Assembly (NCBI GenBank): GCA_031396485.1 | Contig: JANNKV010000067.1 | Coordinates: forward strand, 11,493 to 75,492 | Direction: 5' to 3' | Source of the DNA: Polaromonas sp. | GTDB taxonomy: Bacteria > Pseudomonadota > Gammaproteobacteria > Burkholderiales > Burkholderiaceae_C | Length of the DNA stretch: 64,000 nt | Shown: piece by piece, positions 1-6,593 of the stretch | How the letters are laid out: each line of letters begins with the position of its first letter | Position numbering within the stretch: the first letter of the stretch is position 1 | Position numbers and translations under genes: made by a program | Notes under the pieces: model-generated | Database searches by the model: none | What the model saw: only the letters and a program-made list of their open reading frames with translations | What the model was told of the DNA's origin: nothing

Positions 1-17
1 CACTGGGAGCCTCAACC

Positions 18-209
18 ATGAAAAGCATCTATTTCGAGAACGACGACATCCTGCAAATCCGTGTTTCAGACAAACCCATCGTGCGCGAGGTTTCTCAAGG
101 CTGGAATACGAACATCAGCTATGCCGAAGACGGCTCGATTGTTGAGATTGTGTTGCTTGATGCCAAAAAAGAAGGTTTGCTGCCGCTGGAACACAGAAAA
201 GCAGCATGA
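18..209 (+). CDS. DUF2283-like small protein (antitoxin-like)
   Basis: 63-aa ORF. The pattern YFENDDILQIRVSD...DGSIVEIVLLDAKK is typical of DUF2283 small beta proteins. Its stop overlaps the next start (ATGA at 206-209). Confidence 0.55.
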   Translation: MKSIYFENDDILQIRVSDKPIVREVSQGWNTNISYAEDGSIVEIVLLDAKKEGLLPLEHRKAA

Positions 210-511
210 GTGGCAGCACGCTTGAAAGCCAGACAGGAAGCGACAACGTCTTTCGCGACTTGGGGTTTCCTGAAGCTGAGGCGCAAAACCTGCTGCTTCG
301 CGGGGACCTGGTCATTCATATTCGCAAAGTCATCGACAAGCTTGGCATCACGCAAGCAGAAGCCGCCAAGCGCGCTGGCATCACACAGCCACGTATGAAC
401 GATCTGGTGAAAAACCGTACCCATAAACTCACGCTTGATGCGCTGGTCAATGTGGCGGCCAACTTGGGCTATTCAGTGCAGATGCAACTGAAACCTAAAA
501 AGGTTGCGTGA
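206..511 (+). CDS. XRE-family HTH (HTH_37-type) regulator/antitoxin
   Basis: 101 aa. NVFRDLGFPEAEAQ leader plus HTH core LGITQAEAAKRAGITQPRMNDLVKNR, as in XRE antitoxin-type regulators. 4-nt overlap with the upstream ORF. Confidence 0.75.
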   Translation: MSGSTLESQTGSDNVFRDLGFPEAEAQNLLLRGDLVIHIRKVIDKLGITQAEAAKRAGITQPRMNDLVKNRTHKLTLDALVNVAANLGYSVQMQLKPKKVA

Positions 512-550
512 AATTCAACTTAACCGTCGAACCCAGATTGCGATGTACCC

Positions 551-652
551 ATGCCCATGACTGAAAAACAACTGCGCGAACGCGATGCAAAGCGAGATTT
601 GGGCGCAGAGCTGCTTCATTCCATTCAAGAAAGTCGAAGATTCGCCAAATAA
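551..652 (+). pseudogene. possible truncated N-terminal remnant of an XRE/MqsA-type antitoxin at the island junction
   Basis: 33-aa ORF MPMTEKQLRERDAKRDLGAELLHSIQESRRFAK. It resembles only the N-terminal leader (RD-G-E-L-x-x-I-x-E) of such antitoxins, and no HTH follows. It ends where GC content collapses. Confidence 0.3.
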
Positions 653-717
653 TGTCGATTCAGAAGCGCCGACAATTCCAGCGTTGACTTCCCCGATACG
701 TATTATATAAAAAGTCA

Positions 718-1509
718 ATGAATCCAATTATCCGATGGGCGGGAAGTAAAAGGTATTTAGCAAAATATCTTTTGCCGGAATTTCCGAAAACATTAAATCG
801 TTACGTTGAACCATTTTGCGGTTCCGCTAGCTTATTTTTCTTGCTGGAACCCAAAAAAGCACTTCTTTCAGATATTAACTCGGAGCTCATTAATGCTCTT
901 CAATTGATTCGCTCAAACAACCGTGAGGTAATGAATAAATATGAAAGCTTGCCTGACGACAAAGAAGTATTCTATTTGGTTAGATCGCTTGACCCAAATA
1001 CTCTAAGCAGAACAGAACGAGCAGCGCGCTTTCTTTACCTTAACAGACTTTGTTTTAATGGTCTCTATCGTACAAATAAAGCCGGAAGCTTCAACGTTCC
1101 ATACAGTGGTCAAAGAAATTCGAAACTTTTATTAAAAAGGGAAGTGTCGAGCGCCAGCAAGCTACTGACCGGGTGTGAGCTGGTGAACAAAGATTTCAAA
1201 GAAACAATTGGCCGCACCGTTGCTGGCGATTTCATTTATGTCGACCCACCCTACGCATCCACTGATCGAAAATCATTCTGTGAGTACGATGCAAATTCTT
1301 TTGGCACTAAAGACATCGAAGATCTTTGGAACGCATTGAGCTACGCGGACGAAAGGGGGGTGAAATTTATGCTTTCATACACTGAATGTAGCGAGATTTA
1401 CAGATTCTCGCAGCGCTGGTCTACTACGAAAATTCAGGTTCGAAGAAATATAGCTGGCTTTGCAGGACATCGAAAAATGGCTACAGAAGTAGTCATAAAA
1501 AATTACTAA
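718..1509 (+). CDS. Dam-family (D12 class) N6-adenine DNA methyltransferase
   Basis: 263 aa. N-terminal IRWAGSKR, SAM motif EPFCGSASLFF and catalytic YVDPPYAS (DPPY). AT-rich codon usage unlike the rest of the window. Confidence 0.9.
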   Translation: MNPIIRWAGSKRYLAKYLLPEFPKTLNRYVEPFCGSASLFFLLEPKKALLSDINSELINALQLIRSNNREVMNKYESLPDDKEVFYLVRSLDPNTLSRTERAARFLYLNRLCFNGLYRTNKAGSFNVPYSGQRNSKLLLKREVSSASKLLTGCELVNKDFKETIGRTVAGDFIYVDPPYASTDRKSFCEYDANSFGTKDIEDLWNALSYADERGVKFMLSYTECSEIYRFSQRWSTTKIQVRRNIAGFAGHRKMATEVVIKNY

Positions 1510-1522
1510 GGGAAATTGACGT

Positions 1523-2512
1523 ATGCAGAATTCTAGGGAGCGACTCGGCGAATTGGTAAAATCAATGCGCGAACACAAAAGTTTATCGCAAGACACTCTT
1601 AGCAATTCACTTACTGGCATCAACCGATCGAATATTGCACATCTCGAGCAAGGTCTACGCTTACCTCGCCCAGAAATTTTGGAGAAAATCTGCGTTAAGC
1701 TTGATATTCCAAGGAACTATTGGATAGAGTTTCTTAATCAAGACGTGCAAACACGGTCGGATTTTGAAGAACAGCTAGCAGAGTTATGCGGTAGAAGTGT
1801 AACACTCGACGGTCACGAATCTAGTACTCGCTTTGTTGCGGACAAAGCAATACGACGCCTTTTCGACGGTACGCATTCCGAGATACAACTCCACGATTTA
1901 TTTAACAGTATTCTCGTTTTTTATGGGGTTCGACCGGCAAGTAAGGAATTCTTTAACAGATACTTCAACGCCACTAGTTTTGCATCTCCAGACGCATTCA
2001 GAAACTCTGTGCTTGCGTATCAAGAAGATGCAGTTAGGTTATTCAGCACCTTCGAGGATGGTTACGAAAAGCTCAATGAAGCAACTAGTGTGGTTGAGTG
2101 TTTAGCGCCAATCGGAATTAAAGAGACCCATGGCTACAGCGCACGTGCAGATTGGCGAATACCTAATGAAATTGTTGATGAGAGGCTTCCTGATCTTGGG
2201 TATATCTCTGCCGCGAGAGTGAAGCAAGAGAATGATGAGCGAGGCACGCTGAGCAAATTTCTGAAAAACCTAGCGCGCGAGTTTCGTGAAAAGGATTCTG
2301 GTACTGCAGTACTTGCTATTCCAAATAAAACGAAAATCCGGATGGATTCGTTGCTTCGAAAATTCGAATCTCATTTTCAGCACGGCCTCTTTTCACCGCT
2401 ATTTGCACCAAGCGCAGACGAAATTGATCAAGAAGCGGAAAGGCTCGCCCCAAAATCTGACGACGAGATCACCCGAATGGATCAAACACAGATGCGGCGC
2501 TCGAAAATTTAG
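1523..2512 (+). CDS. HTH (XRE-type) domain protein with about 250-aa uncharacterised C-terminal region
   Basis: 329 aa. N-terminal LSQDTLSNSLTGINRSNIAHLEQGLRLPRPEILEKI is a Cro/C1-type HTH. I do not recognise the rest. It starts 13 nt after the methyltransferase stop. Confidence 0.7.
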   Translation: MQNSRERLGELVKSMREHKSLSQDTLSNSLTGINRSNIAHLEQGLRLPRPEILEKICVKLDIPRNYWIEFLNQDVQTRSDFEEQLAELCGRSVTLDGHESSTRFVADKAIRRLFDGTHSEIQLHDLFNSILVFYGVRPASKEFFNRYFNATSFASPDAFRNSVLAYQEDAVRLFSTFEDGYEKLNEATSVVECLAPIGIKETHGYSARADWRIPNEIVDERLPDLGYISAARVKQENDERGTLSKFLKNLAREFREKDSGTAVLAIPNKTKIRMDSLLRKFESHFQHGLFSPLFAPSADEIDQEAERLAPKSDDEITRMDQTQMRRSKI

Positions 2513-2559
2513 CATTCTACCTTGCATCTGATTTTCTAGACGTTTATGTTGCGACTTCG

Positions 2560-3474
2560 ATGCGCTCCGATGCAGACTTTGTTTCAGTTAATGCTTTTAC
2601 TAAAAAATTATTCTTGCATGATCAAGTGAAGGTACTTAAATTGCGTCACTTCAATCCCACACAGTCGTGGATTGACGATAGGATTGCAAAAGGACTTGTT
2701 GAAGCACTAATGCTTAAACGGGCCTCAGTGACCATCTACATGGCACAAAAGACCGATACATTCGGGAAAGACTCAGAAGCTAGCGTGGCCCTTGGTCAAG
2801 GTAAGCCTGTAATTGTTTATGTACCTCGACTTAGCTTCCCGGATGCGTCCGAAGACACTGAAACTTTATTTAAGAAAAGTAGAGCCGAATTGCTGACGAT
2901 GCTTGATGCCGAGAATCGAGAACATATAGATGAAAGCGTCGATCAGCAGGCAATATTTGGATACGTATTAAGTGCATTACTTGGAAAACTAGACAACATA
3001 GCACTGGGCCAAATTGCAGAAACGCACTGGGCTGATTTTGATTTGTATGAAGAGCAAAACCGAATTCCCGAGCTTTATAAATCTCGTTATCGAGAATGGT
3101 TGAACTCTTGCAAAAAGAGTGACTATGCATTAATTACAATTCAAGATTTTCGAGAATCAATAATCAATACGCTTGTCGCAAATGCGATAACTTTCGAACG
3201 ACGCGCGAGACTATTTAGAGAAATTCATCCACTTGCCCTTCAAGTTATTTTATCGACTGGCGTGTTAAATGGAATTTTAGTTGTACGTACAGTTGAACAG
3301 TGCGCGTTAATACTTGCACAGTTGATAAAAAACGACTTGTCATTAGAGTTCTTAAAAGACAATAACAACTACCGCCTGATAGAGAAAAAGACTGGAAGTA
3401 CTGTTCGTGTTATTTCTAGAAACCGACTTTTATTAAATGCATTCTCAATGCACTATCACCGAGCAAACTCATGA
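2560..3474 (+). CDS. uncharacterised protein with nucleoside 2-deoxyribosyltransferase/SLOG-like signature (possibly N-terminally incomplete or frameshifted)
   Basis: 304 aa from the first ATG. The frame is open from 2461 and reads ...ENLAFYLASDFLDVYVATSMRSD (a beta1-like strand) before the ATG. TFGKDSEASVALGQGKPVIVY resembles the D-S-G-x-x-x-E-x-G-x-A-x-x-x-GKP-V/I motif of the NDT/DNPH1 fold. The C-terminal half looks helical. Confidence 0.6.
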   Translation: MRSDADFVSVNAFTKKLFLHDQVKVLKLRHFNPTQSWIDDRIAKGLVEALMLKRASVTIYMAQKTDTFGKDSEASVALGQGKPVIVYVPRLSFPDASEDTETLFKKSRAELLTMLDAENREHIDESVDQQAIFGYVLSALLGKLDNIALGQIAETHWADFDLYEEQNRIPELYKSRYREWLNSCKKSDYALITIQDFRESIINTLVANAITFERRARLFREIHPLALQVILSTGVLNGILVVRTVEQCALILAQLIKNDLSLEFLKDNNNYRLIEKKTGSTVRVISRNRLLLNAFSMHYHRANS

Positions 3475-3965
3475 GCTCAATCTTCGACCCTTCCATTGAA
3501 TCTGAGATACGAAACCACTGCTGGAACTATTTTTCACTACACGCTCAACAAAGAATGAGTGTGTTCCAGTTTTTCATCACACTTGAGACAGGGCTAATTG
3601 GTGCTGGCCTTTTTGTACTGCAATCAAAATTGCAATTTGCTAACTCATATTGGGCAATGGGAATAGGGCCGCTAATTTTTATGTTCGCATTCATTTTTTG
3701 GAAAATAGATCAACGCACGAAGGATCTAATTAAGAATGCGGAAATATCTCTGAAAGAAATCGAATGCTTTTTTCTTCAGAATTCAACAATTGTTAAAACC
3801 CTTCCGTTCTGCAACGATCCACAGAGTGTCGGCCTGATGGCATCATTTCCACTATTCCCTGGTCGCCTTACTTATTCAAAATCTTTTGGTACTGTTTTCG
3901 TCGCTTGTGGAATTTTCGGCGTGTTGTTCACTTTGGTCCTATTTACATCGCTGGTCACAAAATAG
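3471..3965 (+). CDS. small multi-TM membrane protein (2TM SLATT-like effector candidate)
   Basis: 164 aa. The start overlaps the upstream stop (ATGA at 3471-3474). Hydrophobic helices: VFQFFITLETGLIGAGLFVL, YWAMGIGPLIFMFAFIFW and FGTVFVACGIFGVLFTLVLFTSLV. Confidence 0.65.
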   Translation: MSSIFDPSIESEIRNHCWNYFSLHAQQRMSVFQFFITLETGLIGAGLFVLQSKLQFANSYWAMGIGPLIFMFAFIFWKIDQRTKDLIKNAEISLKEIECFFLQNSTIVKTLPFCNDPQSVGLMASFPLFPGRLTYSKSFGTVFVACGIFGVLFTLVLFTSLVTK

Positions 3966-4053
3966 TCATTAGTCGTTTACATAACGAGCAAATTGATAAT
4001 CAGGGCAACTTGTGGCAGATTCCAATTAATTCAGCAGATCAAAGGATCGAACG

Positions 4054-4248
4054 ATGGCTCAAGCGACAAAATCTTCTAACAACCTACTAATCCACTCGCC
4101 TAAAGAGCTGGACAAAGCGCTCAGGCTGTCAGTCGACCGCGCCCGCCGCATGGCTGAAGCCTTTGGCCTAAAAGTGCCAGGCGTTGCACCTAAGCCTTCG
4201 AAAGCCCGTGGCGGCGCTGCGAAGACGCGTCGTGCGCGGAAGGCGTAA
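4054..4248 (+). CDS. small basic hypothetical protein (part of a repeated small-ORF+repeat module)
   Basis: 64-aa ORF with a K/R-rich tail (KARGGAAKTRRARKA). Its 3' two-thirds recur at 10204-10347 and its last ~25 nt recur at 5134-5157. Confidence 0.35.
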   Translation: MAQATKSSNNLLIHSPKELDKALRLSVDRARRMAEAFGLKVPGVAPKPSKARGGAAKTRRARKA

Positions 4249-4265
4249 CGCGCGAGGGCTGGCTT

Positions 4266-4322
4266 GCTACGCTTTTCATAGCTGCTTGCGCACGTATCAC
4301 CTGGGCTAGCGGCCTTTTTGAT
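4266..4322 (+). repeat. intergenic repeat family, copy 1
   Basis: GCTACGCTTTTCATAGCTGCTTGCGCACGTATCACCTGGGCTAGCGGCC core. Confidence 0.9.
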
Positions 4323-4444
4323 GAAGTATCTGCCGATATACGAGTGTGCAACCAGATCGACGAGCCCAAGCTTCAAATGGATGGTGAGTACTGGAATCCG
4401 ACGTTTAGTATCAGCACAGTCGATAAAACCGAAGGAGCACATCC

Positions 4445-5131
4445 ATGTGGAAGACCGACGACGAACTATTTACGCTGATGCGCGAGCGTCTTTTCCCCGC
4501 CGTGGTCGGCGACATTCTGGACACGCTCGGCTACCTTCGGCAGTTCCTGCACCCCCACATTCGGCCCTTAGCCAGCCATATGGTGATTGCAGGGCGCGCG
4601 ATGCCGGTGCTTGAAACGCTGTGCTTCGCTGCGGTAGAGGAACAAGGCAAGTTAGCGCTCTCTCGTCAGCCTTTCGGTCTGCTTTTTGAAGCATTGGATG
4701 ATCTGCGCCCGAATGAGGTCTACGTGGCTACCGGCTGCGCGCCGCAATTCGCGCTGTGGGGCGGACTCATGACCACGCGCGCCCTGCACCTGAAGGCCGC
4801 CGGCGCCGTACTTGATGGCTACTCGCGCGACACGTCTGAAGTGCTGGAGCTCGGCCTGCCGGTGTTCTCTTATGGCGGCTATGCCCAGGACCAGGGGCCA
4901 CGCGGCAAGGTCGTGGACTACCGTGTCGGGGTAGAAATCAACGGCGTGCGCGTGAACCCGGGTGACATCGTTTTCGGCGACCGCGACGGCGTGCTGATCA
5001 TCCCCAGAGAGGCGGAGGAAGAGGCGATACGCAAGGCCCTGGAAAAGGCCAGCAGCGAGAGCGCGGTACGCACCGCCATCCAGAATGGAATGAGTACGGT
5101 CGAAGCCTTCAAGACCTTCGGGGTCATGTGA
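4445..5131 (+). CDS. RraA-family protein (RraA/HMG-aldolase-like fold)
   Basis: 228 aa. LFPAVVGDILD...GGLMTTRALHLKAAGAVLDGYSRD...PGDIVFGDRDGVLIIP matches the RraA/dimethylmenaquinone methyltransferase-like family pattern. Confidence 0.75.
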   Translation: MWKTDDELFTLMRERLFPAVVGDILDTLGYLRQFLHPHIRPLASHMVIAGRAMPVLETLCFAAVEEQGKLALSRQPFGLLFEALDDLRPNEVYVATGCAPQFALWGGLMTTRALHLKAAGAVLDGYSRDTSEVLELGLPVFSYGGYAQDQGPRGKVVDYRVGVEINGVRVNPGDIVFGDRDGVLIIPREAEEEAIRKALEKASSESAVRTAIQNGMSTVEAFKTFGVM

Positions 5132-5170
5132 GCGTCGTGGGCGGAAGGCGTAACGTGAGAGCGCTTGGTT

Positions 5171-5257
5171 GCTACGCTTTTGATAGCTGCTTGCGCACAC
5201 TTTACCTGGGCTAGCGGCCTATTTCATCTGAAATTACGTCCAATAAACCGCTATTTT
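5171..5257 (+). repeat. intergenic repeat family, copy 2 (long form)
   Basis: Core plus the 3' extension ATTTCATCTGAAATTACGTCCAATAAACCGCTATTTT. Preceded by a remnant of the small-ORF tail (cgtcgtgggcggaaggcgtaacg). Confidence 0.9.
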
Positions 5258-5301
5258 GAGTACCGCCCGGCCCTAAAAAGCAATCCAGCTAAACTCGGCC
5301 C

Positions 5302-5592
5302 ATGCGCCCTTCCGAAGCCCTCAACCTGCACCGCACCCGCATCCGCGAGATTGCGCTGAGCCACCGTGTGACGGCCGTTCGGGTGTTCGGCTCTGCCCTG
5401 CGCGGTGACGATGTGCCGGGCAGTGATCTGGACTTGCTGGTCGAGCCCACGCCGCAAACCACGCTGATGGACATTGGCGCTATTCGGTTCGAACTGAAAA
5501 AGCTGCTGGGGCTGGAAGTCGATGTGCTCACCCCGAACGGTTTGCCTGCGAAGTTTCGCGAGCAGGTTTTGCGCGAAGCGTTGCCGGTATGA
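5302..5592 (+). CDS. mntA: MntA-type nucleotidyltransferase antitoxin
   Basis: 96 aa. VFGSALRGDDVPGSDLDLLV is the minimal nucleotidyltransferase GS-x(n)-DxD motif. 4-nt overlap (ATGA) with the HEPN gene. Confidence 0.85.
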   Translation: MRPSEALNLHRTRIREIALSHRVTAVRVFGSALRGDDVPGSDLDLLVEPTPQTTLMDIGAIRFELKKLLGLEVDVLTPNGLPAKFREQVLREALPV

Positions 5593-5939
5593 GCCGCGCA
5601 GACCCGCTCCGGATTGCTGATTACCTTCAGCACGTCTTCGAGGCAATCGACAATATTCAGGAATACACCTCGGGGATGGAACTGGCTGCCTATATGGCTG
5701 ACCGCAAAACCCGCGATGCGGTTATACGCAACCTGGAGGTGATCGGCGAGGCCTGCAACAACGTCGCAAAACATCACCCAGAATTTGCGGCAAAACACAA
5801 CGCAATTCCGTGGGGATTCGCGTATGAGATGCGCAATGCACTTTCACACGGCTACTTCACCGTTGACCACGCAATCGTTTGGCAAACCATTCAGCAGGAC
5901 TTGCCGAAACTACAGGCTCAGGTCGCCAGGTTAACTTGA
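5589..5939 (+). CDS. hepT: HepT-type HEPN (DUF86) RNase toxin
   Basis: 116 aa. R-x4-H-x-Y motif (MRNALSHGY). The DUF86-type N-terminus and the pairing with an MNT gene both fit. Confidence 0.85.
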   Translation: MSRADPLRIADYLQHVFEAIDNIQEYTSGMELAAYMADRKTRDAVIRNLEVIGEACNNVAKHHPEFAAKHNAIPWGFAYEMRNALSHGYFTVDHAIVWQTIQQDLPKLQAQVARLT

Positions 5940-5954
5940 TTCAGCGGACGAATT

Positions 5955-6040
5955 GCTACGCTTTTGATAGCTGCCTGCGCACGTATCACCTGGTCTAGCG
6001 TCCTATTTCACCTGAAATCTATCCAATAAACGTCGTTTCT
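5955..6040 (+). repeat. intergenic repeat family, copy 3 (long form)
   Basis: GCTACGCTTTTGATAGCTGCCTGCGCACGTATCACCTGGTCTAGCGTCC plus the ATTTCACCTGAAAT...CCAATAAAC extension. Confidence 0.9.
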
Positions 6041-6593
6041 CTGGCCACGCAATGCCCGCACCGGGGGTGCGCAGAGTCGAGTTAACCACCAACCAGCGCC
6101 ATAGCTGCGGATTGCCCGGGCTATCAGCGCCTTGGGCCAACGCCGGCTAGGGCCTTACGCTTTTGATCGCCATCCGGTTCGGTGCAGGCCCGTTGCAGAA
6201 CTTCGCGAAGAACAGGATTTGACCAAACTTGGTCACACCACGCCCGTTCCTCCCGACCTGCTAATGCCCTCCCGCTTCTCCTCTGACCTGTCCGGTGCGC
6301 AAGTCCAATGAAGGCCAGTTTTTACGGGCAGTGTATTTCAGGGATTAGCAGCGCGGCGCTACCGTGCCGGCTGACATGCGATGCATTGGCGACACCTGCC
6401 AGTCCCAGTGGCCCAGGAATTGCAAAAGCGTCGCTGGAAGTAAGTATTTAGTAGGCGGTTTCATTCGCCTGCCCTTACGGCCACAAAGACCTATCGTCGC
6501 CAACTTACAACAAAAATCGGTAAATAGTAGTACCAAAAACCTAATTTCAAGGTTTTATTTGACTACTCTTTCACGCTTCTGAAAGGAAAGTCA

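Noticed and set aside
515-727. 70-aa minus-strand ORF between the XRE gene and the methyltransferase.
   Set aside because: It has no recognisable motif and straddles the GC transition. It overlaps the more interpretable plus-strand 33-aa antitoxin-like remnant, so it is probably non-coding.
718-2512. Simple type II restriction-modification system (Dam-like methylase plus the adjacent ORF as endonuclease).
   Set aside because: This is demoted rather than fully excluded. The adjacent protein starts with a Cro/C1 HTH, and I see no PD-(D/E)xK, HNH or GIY-YIG signature in it. The operon also continues with an NDT-like and a membrane protein, which a plain R-M system would not need. It is kept as the main alternative hypothesis under the first finding.
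4054-6040. The alternation of gene and ~60-90 bp repeat at 4-6 kb looked like an integron cassette array with attC sites.
   Set aside because: The repeat lacks convincing RYYYAAC/GTTRRRY core sites and the imperfect-palindrome architecture of attC. No intI or attI is present. The same repeat is scattered through housekeeping regions across the whole 64 kb.
6345-6582. Small ORFs (63 and 72 aa) upstream of the esterase gene.
   Set aside because: They overlap each other on opposite strands and show no motifs. The region is more plausibly a promoter/leader of the acquired cassette.
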